Assembly: GCF_000143415.4 (NCBI RefSeq)
Contig: NW_003314326.1
Span: 687,827-751,826, forward strand
Origin: Selaginella moellendorffii
Lineage: Eukaryota > Plantae > Lycopodiophyta
Direction: 5' to 3'
Length of the DNA stretch: 64,000 bases
Positions 13,073 through 27,200 of this stretch are shown here, one piece after another. Position numbers and translations under genes: made by a program. Position 1 is the stretch's first letter. Each line of letters opens with the position of its first letter. The notes under the pieces were generated by a model, which saw only the letters and a program-made list of their open reading frames with translations, was not told where the DNA came from and made no database searches.

Positions 13073-13478
13073 CGCCCATATGAAGGCTGATATCGGCCAA
13101 TGCATAGAAGGAATAGGCCTAAAAATTATCAGCTCGTCAAGAGGCAACCCGAATGAAATGGAGCATACGCACTGCGCAAAGAGGCAAAGACGCGATGCCA
13201 GTGTGAGGACCACCCAGGGAGACCATATTGGTAACCTGAAGTAGCATATGAGTTAGTTAGATTACATCTAGGGTACCATAGCGGACTTACAGGAGGTCCA
13301 TCACACCATTCAATCAATCCTCTTCCTATCAAGTTTCCCTGTGGAAAACATGAACACGGTAATGATAGAGATGTGGTTTCGTCGTTCAGGCTCTACCTGG
13401 GAAAGACCACTCGACGGGTGCTCCTTCTCCTTCCTTTGGTTTCTCTTCAATTTTCTTTCGTGGATTGTTGTTTGTCAA
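13073..13478. other. ~400-bp unidentified insertion splitting the family C integrase zinc finger (VLKY|CHD)
   Basis: The pol reading frame stops at ~13479 and resumes at ~13072; no clear TSD. Confidence 0.5.
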
Positions 13479-16400
13479 GTACTTCAGGACCAACCTTTGA
13501 GCATCACCTTCAGAAACGTAAAGCTGCTACCCACGGTACAATAAGCCATCTAAGAACTCGAACTCGTCAAATCGCCGGTAGTCAGGAGTCACTGGGTGTC
13601 CAGCTTGAAGATGGAGGAAAATGTCACTGGCGAGGTCGTCAGATTGAAGATCGTTTCTGATTGCATCCATCAAGGAGGAGTCCTGAGGGGCCAAAGAAAT
13701 TGCCATAACTTGAAGCCGATCAGGACCGAGGATAACCTAATCCTGTTGATCGGAGGTAGGATTACAAGGCCTGAGACTGAGATAGGAGCGCCTTGAAAGA
13801 GCATCAGGAAGGCCATGAAGCTTTCTAGGTCTGTACTTGATAACAAAGTCAAACCGACTTAGAAATTGTGCCCACCTTGCTTGACGACGGCTCAAAACTC
13901 GGGAAGTGGCAAAGTACTCAAGATTTTTATGATCAGTCTAGACCATTGTTTGATGGCTCGCCCCCTCCAAGAAACGACGCCACTCTCCAAAGGAATCCAC
14001 GATGGCAAGGAGCTCCTTGTCGTGGATTTCGTAATTGATCTCTACAAGCTAGAATTTCCGAGAATGGAAAGTGACCAGATGAAATTCTTGATCTGCTCTG
14101 AGTTGAGACAGTACAGCACCAAAGGCAAAGTTGGAGGCATCTGCCTCGATGAAGAAAGGTTGTGAGGGATCAGCGTGGATCAAGACGGGAGCAAAACTGA
14201 AGGCCACCTTGAGTGTGTCGAAGGCCTGCTGGGTAGCAGTAGACCAAGAGAAGGAAACATCCTTGCAAGTGAGATGCATGAGAGGAAGGACAATGTCGAA
14301 GTAGTGATCAATGAATTTGCAGTAGAAGTTGGTGAAGCCAAGGAAAACGTGAACATCTGACATTAATTGTGGAGGCTCCCATTCGAGAATAGTCTTGACT
14401 TTGGCATGATCCATCGTGATACCCTCAGGAGTGATAATGTACCCAAGGAACTCCACAGACTCCTAATCGAATGAACATTTCTCAAGCTTCGCGTTTAAGC
14501 CGTGTTCTCGTAGCTTCGCCAGCACCTTGCGCACATGCTCGTTGTGCTCCTCTTGAGTTTTTTAGTAAATGAGGATGTCGTCGAGGTAGACAATCACCAT
14601 CTGATCAAGAAACTCCCAAAAGACATTGTTTGCCATGTGTTGGAAAACTGCTGGAGCATTTGTCAAGCCAAACGGCATGACAGTGTACTCGAAGTGGCTA
14701 TAGCGGGTTCGGAACGCAATCTTCCATTCATCACCAAGCCAAATCCGGATCAGGTTGTATGCTCCACAGAGGTTGATCTTAGTGAAGAAGCAGGCACCGC
14801 CAAGGTGTTCCAATAGGTCCGAGATTAGGGGCAGCAGATAACAGTTCTGAATAGTCACCTGGTTCAAACCTCAGTAGTCGATGACTAATTGCAAACTCCC
14901 ATCCTTCTTCTTGACAAAGAAGTCAGGCGCTCCATCCAGGGATTGCGAATGTTGAATGTACCCCAAGGCAAGGTTCTCATCCACTTACTCTTTGAGGGCC
15001 TTAAGCTCGGACAGGGATAACCCATAGATATGCCCCCATGGAGGTGATGCTCCTTCCTATAAATCAATGGGACAGTCGTAAGGCTGAGGAATAGGCAGTA
15101 CACTAGCTTTTTTCTTGTCAAACACATCCCCAAAATCATGATACTTCTCAGGAAGACTGATAGGAGAAACATGCAAAGAAAAAAGGAAAACAGATTCTTC
15201 ATGAAAGAGTTCTTACATAGTGATTGTGGAGATAGGAGGAGGTGTATGATTGAATGGAATGATGAGACGAGGATACTATTCAGTGTAAGATGGAAGAGAG
15301 GGAAAAGAAGAGGGTGAAAATTTCGTAGAGTCAGGAACAAAACCCCGATTTGAGTTTAGGGAACTTTTCCTAATTTGGACTCGATGAATAGCAGGGGAAG
15401 ATGTGGGAGATGGTGACGTGGGAGAGACAAGCTGTAATTCCTTCCTACAAATATGAGGCTGGTGCAGTTGGAACCAAGGAAGGCCGAGCACCACAAAGGA
15501 GGACTTACTGTTGATGATGTTGAAGGTGATATCGATGATGTGGACCTGATGTGTACTTGAACGGGCAACGTTTCCTTAAGTCCAGAAGATGGAGACACAA
15601 AATGCTCGCCAATGCCTTCAACCCTCAGATCCCATATGGTAGGAAAAAGAGGAATGTGATGTCGTGCAGCAAAGTCCGTGTCCATGAAGCAGGAAGTTGC
15701 ACCCGAGTCTAGTAGTGCCAGAGCCTTGAGTTTTGATTGTCCGGTGAAAGAAAGGAGACATGGAATGCGGAAGTTGCGGGAATTGGTGGTGGCTTTGATG
15801 AAAGTTGGTGAGGAACTTGATAAAGAAGAAAAGTGATTTTTATTCAGGGAGTCCAAACAGATAGCTCCTACTCTATTTGGACAGGGTTATTTCCCAACTG
15901 CAATAGAGGTGGACCTTGAGGTAGAGTGAACTCGAGCAGTCGAGGAGGCTTCTTGGGACACACAGCTGCTTTGTGATTAGGATCAGCATAGTAGAGGCAA
16001 AGATTATGAGATACTCAATGTTGCTTCTCAACAGCACTCAACTTCCCTCTGATGAGTCAGGGAGTACCAGAAATATCCATTGGGACCGGAGCAATAGGTT
16101 CAGGAGTAACCCGAAGACTCAAGTTGGGAATTTTGAGTCTGGGACGGGAAAACGACGACATGGCGACTTTCCTAATGTCGTTCAAAGAGATGATTGTTGC
16201 ATCAAACAGCTTTGTTGATGGCATCTGACAAGTCTGTGGGATCCTCCATGGTGAGCAACAAATCCTTGACACCGTTGTTGAGGCTAAAACGAAATTGATC
16301 AATCAGGGCCTGCTTATCCCACTGAGTGTCCAAGGCAAGGAGTTGGAACTCCGCAGCATAGATCAAGGTAGGACAAGACCCCTAAGAGAGATGTCTCATC

Positions 16401-18304
16401 TTTGTGGTGGCAGCCCAAACCTGATCTGTCTCACCAAAACATGCTTCGAGCTTCTTTTTGAACAACCGAAGATCCATCAGCTCTGGAACCACGACCCCTT
16501 TCATGCTCTTCTCCATGAGAGGAGAAAACCATGACAAAGCTGCACCTTCAAGCAACATCCCAATCGCGCCAATTTGAGACTTAGAAGTGGGGTACTGCCG
16601 ATGTTGAAGTGCGAAGATTAGCTCCATCTGGTTCAGGAATCTGTGAAGCTCCGAATGTTTGCCTAAGAACTTCGCCGGGAAACTCACCTTCGGCTCAAGA
16701 ACTCTACTTGATCCTTGAGCTGAAAGTGAAGCAAGCACCTATTGCATGTGAAGAAGGGTTGCCTTCAGCTCGGTATTCTTAGACTAGATTTTTGCAAAGA
16801 CTTCAGCAAAAAAATCAGGATGGCTTGGAGACTCCATCGGCAAAGAAGAAAGAAAAAGGGGGAAAAAGGGGGAAAAAGGCAAAGGCAGTCAAACAATCAA
16901 AACAAGCTAAAGCAAAAGCAAAAAACACAACCTGAATCAAACTGTCAGGACCTCTAACAAGATCAGGACTGGAAAATGCAGAAGACAAAGAGAAAAGCTT
17001 GTGGAAACGAATAAAAAGCCTTAAACTGGCATTGATTCAGATTGTGGAGAAATGGAACAAGGCTAACCTATATATACTATAGGTTGATGGATCAAGGACG
17101 GCCTAAATATAGTTGAGGTCAAGGAGGCGCCACATCATCATGAGGAATGTGGTTTGAAACTCAGGAATCATACAAGAAATTAGAGAGTCAGGAATAGGGA
17201 AGTGTCTCGAGAGTCAGGAATGTGGTCTGTGGGTCAAGAATCCGGTGAAAGTCAAGAATGTGGCAAGAATTAGGGGATTCCTAACACATTTAGTCACATA
17301 ATTAGTGGTGACTAAAATGTATTTGTTCCTCTTATTGCTTGTTATTATAAATTCTACAAAATCCAATCCCCATTTATGAAATGCTTCATATGGATAGGTA
17401 GGATTTAGTTCGTGGATTTGTTTTTTAGACTGCAATTTATTCATTTAGCAAATATCATAATTTTTGCAAAAAATTGTTGTGTCTTTCTAAAGTGTAGGCC
17501 ACTACAACCCTACTTATAAAACTTTACTTGCAGTGATTTCATCTACAAAATGGCCTCCTAATGGGTTAAATGAGCTTCTTTTAGGATTTCACTCCTTCTT
17601 GCTTATTAACATATCTCCTTAGTGTTCTATTGATGCCTAATTTATATAGATGCTTCCCCACGACAGAGTAAGGTTGTGTCCTTAAAATAAATTTCTCTGG
17701 TGAGTTATAGTGAGCTGGAATAGTGCTTGTAAAAAGATAGATTTATATATCTTCCAACCAAGTGGTAGGCACAGTGATTGCAAATAAGTGAACATCTAGG
17801 AGTTCGTCCGGTTTAGGGTTTAGAGCATCTGTAACAATATCAAAAGTATCCACTAGTAGGTGAAACTCTTTTGTCCAATTTGGCTTAACAAGTATAAGTG
17901 TCTTTTTAAGGCATTGTTTAAGTCTTAAAAATTCTTTTATATAAATGAAATATCTTTCTTTAAAAGATCAGTAAATGGCTTGGCAATTTTTGTGTTAGCT
18001 TTTATAAAACGCTTATAATACCCAATATTGCTTTGAAAGCAACATAGACTTTTCAAATTATGTGGTAGATAAATTATTTTAATTACTTGAGTTTTGCTTT
18101 TGTCTACAAGGATGCCTTTGTGAGACACAAATCCCTAAGCCCCAATTTGGAGCCGAAAGGGCACCACATGGTGGTGGCTGAAGTGAAAGCCAAACGAGCG
18201 TAACACGTTTGGATTGAAAGCTAGGTCAAGAGCGGGAGTGAAACTCTCAACGAAGTGCTCAAGGAACAAGCACGAAGTGAGCGATAAGTGAGTCTCTAGA
18301 AAAA

Positions 18305-18622
18305 GGACCCGAGATGGAGTTTGAGATGGTGTCCGAGATGGAGTCCGAGCTGGACCCGAGATGGACCTGAGATGGAGTCCGAGATGGAGTCCGAGATGGA
18401 CCTAAGATAGACCCAAGATGGAATCTGAGATGGAGACCGAGATGGACCAGAGATGGACTTGAGATGGAGTCCGAGATGGAGTCCGAGATGGACCTGAGAT
18501 GGAGTCTAAGATGGAACCGGGACCGAGACCAAGACCGAGTCCAAGTTCGAGGGCGAGACCGAGGCCGACACCGAGACCGAGTCCGAGTCCAGGTCCGAGT
18601 CCGAGTTCGAGTCCAAGTCCGA
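18305..18622 (+). repeat. Hexamer-based tandem array (GAGATG/GAGTCC/GACCGA) in the family D LTR; longer copy at ~23675-24260 and related arrays in family A LTRs
   Basis: Visible 6/12-bp periodicity; source of many spurious low-complexity ORFs. Confidence 0.9.
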
Positions 18623-21063
18623 ATACTAATACAGGCAGTTGGGTGAAAGCCCAAAGCGATTGTCCCCCAGGGGGGACGGGGGGGGGGGCTGCGGGGGGTT
18701 CCAAAAGTATAGTAGGGAGAGTGTGGGGGTTGGATCCCAGTGGAGCTAGTTTAGCCAGGAAAGGCTAGTTTGGCCCAGGAAGGCTATGCCCAGGTGCTGG
18801 GTGACGGGATAACCACTGGGAAGTCCAAGGCTAGAGTGAATACGAATTGACAAGTGGGGTAGCTTGGTAAAGTGTTCAAGAGCTGGCTCATACCCCCCTG
18901 GGAGATCGACTAGCCGATGCTCCCAATCCAAGTGTGGGTGGCACTACCTACTTGGATACCTGGTGTGGCTCAATAGAACTCGCTCTAAGCCCATGGCTAA
19001 AGCACCCAAAGGCGAAAGGCAGGGAGAGTACCCATGAAGCCCACATAGGGCCACAGTGTTTCGAAATGTTGTCCTAAAGTCCTAGATTGTGGAAAGGAAG
19101 AGGAATAGTCCTCTAGTGTGGTGACCAAGGATACAGTCATACGGTGAGGAAGTCCTAGAGGATAGTGGGACTTAGTGGTCGGGCTTGTGGGCCTTGATCC
19201 AGTGGTAGTGTTGGCAAACATGGCCATGGACAGAAAGGGACTTAGTGGGGACCAGAAAAAAGATATTTAGGAAGGCTATTCCCCATGTTTGCGGGCATCC
19301 AAAGGATGCTAAGGAGTGGATCTGGGATAATCACTCATGGACAGATGGCCCAGTCTTTGAGAGACGGGATTGCAATGCAGGTGGTGTTGGACCACCGGTG
19401 TGACCAAGGTGAATGGGCATAGCTATAGTGTAACGGGCTGATATGTCGGTGGTACCTTAGGGTGTCGGTCATGGGATCGGACACGTGGAGCACTTGGACC
19501 AAGTGCAAAGGTTGAGTGGTATGGATGCCATTCTCGGGGATAGCAAGCCCCAAGTCTGGAATAGGACTTATGGAGGTTGTGAGTGAGACTCCTCCAAGTA
19601 GTCAGAGGTGTAGTTAAGTGACTAAAGTAGAATGGAGAAATTAATCACGTACAACTTGGTATTGGAATTGTTCTTTAGTCCGACTTTTATTGGTGCTCAA
19701 GTATATCACCGCTAGTGTTGGCAGTGGAAGGTCCTAGGAGTGGGCCTATCCTTGAGGAGTAGCAGGTCAGGAAAACATGGCTCTCCACTACAATTCATGT
19801 GTGAACTTGTAGGTGAAGCGGTGGATAGAAAAGGGCCAATAACGGAACAACTTCAGGATCTTGGGAACAGTATAAGGTTTTCCTCAGAAAGTTGAGGATG
19901 TGATCTAGATGAGCTTTTGACTTAGCAAACTAGTTAATGTAGTTGTGGTAAACAACTATAGTTGGGATCACGAGAAAGATAGAAACTCCAAAATAATAAA
20001 GGAGTCACAAGATTATCCTCACATAGTTGAGGCTGGTGCTCATGAATTTGAGACTGGAATTGACGACCGTGAAAGGTCAAGTACGGATGAGGACACAAAT
20101 TCTTGGGGCTACCTTTTATAAATGCTAGAACAAACCCAAGGAGTTGGGGTTGTGCTCAAAGGATGAGTCAATATTCTCATCATATGGACGGATAGTCCTA
20201 AGGGGCAAAGATAGCCCATAGATAACAGAAAATAATAAAGTCTTGGAGTAACACTTGCAAAGATGGTCCTTATGAGTAAGACATGAATACACGAAGTTGT
20301 ATTTTAGTGAGCTGGCACCTCAAAATAAGACCTTGCGGGTCAATGGGTTAGCAAAGTCCAAAAATGCTGGATGACTCGAGTAGAATCAAGAAATGGTCTA
20401 AGGGATTGGTAAAAAGCATTTGGACTAAGGTGTGTTGTGCCCTACGAAGGTTGGGGAGGATCATAAGATTCAAGTATGAGAACAGTGAGTATCTCATCGA
20501 TGGCAGAATGTGCCATACTAAAGTTGTGGGAAAGGTGTTCCCATAAGAAAACAACTTTGATACAAAGTTGTGCATAAACTCTATTGTGCAGTGCAAATGG
20601 ATAGTTGGCATGAAAAAGAACTGTATTGGACTTGGTAAGGACCTAGACACAAGTAAAAAGTGTCATAAAAGTAGGCTCATGGAGCCGATGATGTGGAGAC
20701 ACCAAATGTGCTAAGGCGTGATGCATTAAGGTGAAATTGGCAAGTTCACGAGAACCCTTTCCCAAAGGAATCCTAATGGAAATGGGAATAGCATAGCCTA
20801 AGCTGAAAGGCATGCCGTTAGAGGGTGGTGACCGAAATAATGATGGAGGTGTGGAAGCACCAGTAATGAATTGTAGGACTTGACAACTATGAGGTAACTA
20901 AGCAAAATGTGCAAAATAATTGGTTAAACTGGTAGAAGGTAATTACCTAAGGCTTCTTATTAGGATAAAGAAGTTAAATATACCCTTATAGGGGATAAAT
21001 TGTTTATGTTGTGATATAGTAAGTAAATGTCATAAAGGGAATGCTCATTGTCAAAAGAGGCCA

Positions 21064-21207
21064 NNNNNNNNNNNNNNNNNNNNNNNNNNNNNNNNNNNNN
21101 NNNNNNNNNNNNNNNNNNNNNNNNNNNNNNNNNNNNNNNNNNNNNNNNNNNNNNNNNNNNNNNNNNNNNNNNNNNNNNNNNNNNNNNNNNNNNNNNNNNN
21201 NNNNNNN
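21064..21207. other. Assembly gap (N run)
   Basis: 144 Ns. Confidence 1.
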
Positions 21208-24200
21208 GACTTTGTGTCACGCTCCCCCTCTCAACCGCAGGTCGCAGTGAAGCCAAAAGCAAGTACTAAAGGGATAGAACCGAACCATGGGAATCAACGG
21301 GCATAACCAAGGGTGGTTATGCAAGTTGAGAGTGGAGAATCAAGCGGGTGCTTGAGCATGTTGTTACTAGCGACCGGGATGCCATGGAGAGTCTAAAACA
21401 GAGGATTGTTCATGTTAGACTATATGGCAATTGGAAAGCTTGCGAAAGAAAAGGCTTTAACAAGCTAAGGAACAGAGTTCCTTGAAGGTTCCCCTAGGTA
21501 GATAAGTACCTTGAAATCCAAGTGTAAATGGTTCATAGGGCGCGCGAAATCAAAGTGGCACAGTAGAAGCGTGGTCTTGAAGCTTGCTAAGAGGCGAGGC
21601 TATCAAGGTTAGGGAAGTAGTTGTCGAGTGTTCAAAGAGAGGGCTTTGAACGAAAGTCGATGGTTGAGGACTTTCACGCTTATACATGAACCATGTTACA
21701 GTTGTCGGATGACTTGTTAAGTGAGATTGGCAAGTCAGGGGAACAAATACCCTAGTTGAAGGAGCCAACTTCAAAGGGGTGGCCCATGGGGCCAAGCATG
21801 GAGGAGTCCATGCATGATCATAAACTTATCAAGTGAGAGGATTTGGTAGTGTGGAGGAACTAGGTTCCTAAGCTGTGATCTGTAGTGCATTTTAAGTATA
21901 AGTTGGTGTACTGGCATGGGAAGTCACACCAGGCATTCAGTGTGATGCCGTCCATAAATGCATATACGAAGGTTGGGTTTGAGTCCCGACCCTCTAGTGC
22001 TTGGGTTCAAGTCCCAACTCACTAGGGTGCAGTGATGGTTTGGAATATGAGGACACTCATTTTTTGATGGTCATGGACTCTTAGTAAGGAGACTAGCTTA
22101 GGCACACTGCCAAGCGAGGGATACCCCGAAGTCATAATACACAGTTAGATTGCTTAGTGTGGCTCGGCATATTTAACTTGAACACTTTGGTGCAAGTAGC
22201 ACCAAGGGTGTGGTGAATGAGATGGGGACACCCAATCTCAGTTGCTATGGACCCTTGGCAGGAAGGGCTGGCTTGGGTGCACCGCCAAGTGTGAGGGATG
22301 CCCCCAGGGTCATGGTCAACAATTTAAAGGTTTGGAAGACTTAGTATCTATTGGCAAACTTAATAAGGTGTCGAGGCTAAATCACTAGGTGACCTCACGA
22401 CTAAATAAGGATAAGGTCTTTGTGAGGTTAAGGAATAAAGTTCCTAATTCAAAGTGTCAACTTAAACTATTGATAATGGTGTGGCTTAGTCAAAATGACC
22501 AAATGGGAAGGACACCAAAAGGGAAATCAGTTGTGCCAATATGATGGTATAGCGAGTCCAAGAAAGTGGCCTCTAGGAAAGACCTATGGGAGGGTCACAA
22601 AGTTGGGCTATTGATGGAGCTTAATGCTAAAGAGACCTCCTAGGGGTGAGCACCCTCTGGACTTGGCAAAATAGAGCCTTTACCATGGAACCAAAATGAT
22701 ACTTCGAGAATGGAGGTAGTGATCCTATATTGCTTGGTGCAACAATCAACGAATAGGAGCAAAAGAATAGTGGCTAAGAAAAAAGCCATGGGAATCATGG
22801 AAAAGAATCCAGATGGCAAAGTTAGGCCAAAACACTAAAGTGTTGGGTGCTAACAGATTGTGGGAAAAGCAATGTGTTTCCAAGGATGGATTCCCAATTG
22901 CTTCAATTTGGCGAAAGCGGAAGCTTTAGAGGAAGGAGCGGTAAGGTAGCCAAATGATATAGCCATAGACAACCTTAGCACAAATTATGATAACTGGAAC
23001 TTAGTGCCAAAGGTGGCACGAAATCAAAGAGAGGATGATGGTGCCCTCAAGTAGAGAACTTCTTAAGATGGGGAAGTGGAGTTGCACCATATGTGTAATG
23101 CAAGGTGTCGGAGACACTTAGGAAGTTGACTCTGAGAAGTTAAAATTAAAAGTTCCAAAGTGCAAAGGTTATATCGATAGAAACTGAGACTACTCGAGAA
23201 TAAGTAATAGGATTGATATAGAGAAGGTGTCTCTAACAAGTTTAGTGAGAACTAAACTAATAAAAAGAGAGAACCACCACAAGTGGTCGAATAAGCCTCT
23301 AAGTTGGAGAGACTATGCTCCTTAGAAGATAAGCAAGGCATGATGAGCCTTTAGTATCAAACCATTGACGAATATGGGCAAAAGGCCAAGGATGGAAAAG
23401 GTAATACAAGTTGGTATTACTTTATAAAATAGTTTATCGTTCGATGAGGACATCGAACTTCGTCTATGGGTGGTGGAGTTGTGAGACACAAATCCCTAAG
23501 CCCCAAAGTGGAGCCAAAAGGGCACCACGTGGTGGTGGCAGAAGTAAAAGCCAAATGAGCGTAACATGTTTGGATTGAAAGCTCTAACTTGAAAGGTCAA
23601 GAGCGGGAGTGGAACTCTTAACGAAGTGCTCAAGGAACAAGCACGAAGTGAGCGATAAGTGAGTCTCTAGAAAAGGGACCCGAGATGGAGTCTGAGATGG
23701 TGTTCGAGATGGAATCCAAGCTGGACCCGAGATGGACCTGAGATGGAGTCTGAGATGGAGTCCGAGATGGTGTTCGAGATGGAATCCAAGCTGGACCCGA
23801 GATGGACCTGAGATGGAGTCCGAGATGGAGTCCAAGATGGACCCGAGATGGAGCTGAGATGGAATCCGAGATAGACCCGAGATGGACCCGAGATGGAGTC
23901 CGAGATGGAGTTCGAGATGGACCTGAGATGGACCTGAGATGGAGTCCAAGATGGACCCGAGATGGACTCGAGATGGAGTCCGGGATGGAGTCCGAGATGG
24001 AGTCTGAGATGGAGTCCAAGATGGACCCAAGATGGAGTCCGAGATGGAGTCTGAGATGGAGTCTGAGATGGACCCGAGACGGAGTCCGAGATGGACCCGA
24101 GACAGAGTCCGAGATAGAGTCCGAGATGAACCCGAGATGGAGACCGAGATGGAATTGGGACCGAGACTGAGACCGAGACCGAGACTGAGACCGAGTCCGA

Positions 24201-27200
24201 GGCCGAGACCGAGACCAAGTCCGAGTCCAGGTCTGAGTCTGAGTTCGAGTCCAAGTCCGAATACTAATACAGGCGGTTGGGTGAAAGCCCAAGGCGATTG
24301 TCCCCCAGGGGGGATGGGGGGGGGCTGCGGGGGGTTCCAAAAGTATAGTAGGGAGAGTGTGGGGGTTGGATCCTAGTGGAGCTAGTTTGGCTAGGAAAGG
24401 CTAATTTGGCCCAGGAAGGCTATGCCTAGGTGCTGGGTGACGGGATAACCACTGGGAAGTCAAAGACTACAGTGAATACGGACTAATAAGCTGGGTAGCT
24501 TAGTGAAGTGTTCAACAGTTAGCTCTAGTTCCCCCGGGAGATCGAATAGTCGATGCTCCCAATCCAAGTGTGGGTGGCACTACCTACTTGGATACCTAGT
24601 GTGGCTCAATGGAACTCGCTCTAAGCCCATGGCTAAAGCACCCAAAGGCGAAAGGCAGGGAGAGTACCCATGAAGCCCACGTAGGGCCACGGTGTTTCGA
24701 AATGTTATCCCAAAGTCCCAGACTGTGGAAATGAAGAAGAGTAGTCCTCTAGTGTGGTGACCAAGGATACAGTCACACGGTGAGAAAGTCCCAAAAGACA
24801 ATGGGACTTAGTGGTCAAGCCTGTGGGCCTTAATCCAGTGGTAGTGTTGGCAAACACGGCCATGGACAGAAAGAGACTTAGTGGGGACCGGAAAAAAGAT
24901 ATTAAGGAAGGCTATTCCCCATATTTGCGGGCATCCAAAGGATGCTAAGGGGTGGATCTAGGATAATCACTCATGGACGGATGGCCTAGTCTTTGAGAGA
25001 CGGGATTGCAATGTAGGTGGTGTTGGACCACCGATGTGACCAAGGTGAATGGGCATGGCCATAGCGTAACAAGCCGATATGTCGGTGGTACCTTGGGGTA
25101 TCGGTCATGGGATCGGACACGTGGAGCACTTGGACCAAATGCAAAGGTTGAGTGGTATGGATGCCATTCTCGGGGATAGCAAGCCTGAAGTCTGGAATAG
25201 GACTTATGGAGGTTGTGAGTGAGACTCCTCCAAGTGGTCAGAGGTGTGGTTAAGTGACTAAAGTAGAATGAAAAAATTAGTCACTTACAACTTTCCTTGT
25301 AGACAATATGGCTTAGAAGTATATCAAAATTTACAAAGAATGTACACTTCTTTGGATTAAGAGAAATGTTGTGTTCTTAACATTTTTTAAAACATTTTTG
25401 CAAGAAAATTAAATGTTCCATTTTGGAGCTAAAGATACTAAAATCATCCATGAAAACTCTCATAAAATCAGTGAGATATTCTTTAAAAATGTTTGTAACA
25501 ACTCTTTGGAATATAAAAAGAGCATTGCATAGGCTAGAAGGCATTTTGCAATAGACATAAGCTCCCTATGAGCTTATAAAAGTTGTTTTATGTTAATATT
25601 CAAATGCTACTTCCATTTGGTTATAGCTAGAGAATCCATTTAAAAATGAATATATTTCATAACTTGCTACCGAATCTAGAACTTTATTTGTGAAAGGGAT
25701 AGGAAATATATATTTTTTCATTGCATTATTTAGCTTTTTATAGTTCACATAAACTCGTAACTTGCCAATTTTCTTAAACACAATTATAAGTGGTGAAAGT
25801 TATTGTGCATTTTGAATTGGATAAATGAATCTTACTTGGAGAAGTTGATCGATTTCTTCCCTAATTTTACTATGATAATTGGGATTCATTTTGTAGGGCA
25901 TTTGCCTCTTAAGTAGATTTCCCAAAAGTATCTCGATGTGATATGCACAAAGTTCTAGTGGGATGCCTTCTAAATATATGTAAAACTAGGCAAAAATGTT
26001 TTTGTAGTCTTTTAGTGGATTTATGGCCTGATTCTAAAATTTTCTTTGCAATCCTTGAGCAATTGTGATAATATGTAGATTATTTTCATCTGCCAAATTG
26101 ATTTGCTCAAGTGGTTGATCACAAGAAATATATATAACATAGTTTTGCTATTGATCAATTTTATCCATAGGATCCTCTTTTAGGGAGAAATCCCTTATTG
26201 CCGTATCAATCTTTGGTCTAAGTGCTTATTTACTAGATATCTATTTAAGTATTAAATAGAGATCCACTTCTAAAATTGATTCAATTTTAGGGAAAGCTTT
26301 TAAGATTTGTTGTTCTTGGAAATCATCTAACCCTTCCTTTCAATCATACAATTGAGTTTTGAGGGGTTAATCTTTTCTTTCCAACTGTATAGTGGAGATG
26401 AGCAGAGATCATTTCTAGCTACTTTGCTCTATATGCATGAAATCATTTTTCTAGTCTTGGTTTGTGCAAGCAATTTTTAGCTATGGTTTGCCTAGTAGAG
26501 TTGTGTAGGTAGCATCTTGTTATATCATTTTAAGTACAACATAATTGATTTTATACTTTAAGCCAGCCACATTGGTCAAGACATTTTTTATGATTCCAAT
26601 GGGCTTGATGCTTCGGTTATCTGCCATTCATATATTAAATGGGGTTGGTCAAATTGGGCTTAAGCCTAATTCTTTGCAAATACTCTCTTCTAGAACATGT
26701 ACACCTAACCCATAATTGATAAGAATTCCAAATAATATATTTTTACCAATCTTTATATCAATTTTACCAATTTTCAGCAAGTATATTTTTGCCTATAGGT
26801 ATCTAAGCTTTATTAAGGTTTCTACAATAGCTTCTTTGTCTAGGATTGCATCAAATTCTAGTAATTGTCTCGTAGACAGAATTTTATAAATTCTTTGTAA
26901 GTTGTAATACTCAGGATTTACATCTAGCTTGGATAGGTAGACTATCTCTCTGTCTAGGAAAAATCCTGGTACTATTTTCTTTTTGTATAGGTAACTCTAT
27001 AGGTATAAGTCTCGCTTATACTATGTACCCACAAAGTAATCTAAGTGTATTAACACACCTTCTTTAACAATAGTAAAGGTACTAGAAGTTAAACTTCTGT
27101 ATATCTTGAGCAAAATTCAGCACAAGGTCTTTGGCGTATAATAGTCAATTCCGGAATAACTTGCTTACTTCAAATTGGATCTTACCCTTTGGCTTATACC

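Larger units (their letters stand above)
7627..17286 (-). mobile_element. Full-length, decayed Ty3/Gypsy chromovirus (Tcn1/Tf1-sushi-like), 'family C', with nested inserts
   Basis: LTRs 7627-7987 and 16943-17286 (TG..CA); TSD CATTT at 7622-7626 and 17287-17291; PPT next to 7988. Contains gag (16382-16738), protease ALLDSGA, RT YLDD (~14562-14870), RNase H, integrase (CHDSPTAGHFG, HPQTDGQSER) and chromodomain (EYEVQDILDS...YLVD, ~8150-8290). Confidence 0.93.
18119..25289 (+). mobile_element. LARD-like non-autonomous LTR element ('family D')
   Basis: LTRs 18119-19653 and 23480-25289 (TGTGAGAC...TACA); degenerate PBS tggtattgga after 19653; PPT ctatgggtggtggagt identical to family A; degenerate TSD GCCTT/ACTTT in the RT of the old element; no intact pol. 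Confidence 0.85.

Noticed and set aside
23584-24376. Long ORFs rich in SISD/PSRT/MESE (also at 18259-18768, 37219-37540, 48523-48790 and 63185-63955)
   Set aside because: They are translations of LTR hexamer arrays or tandem repeats, open in several frames on both strands
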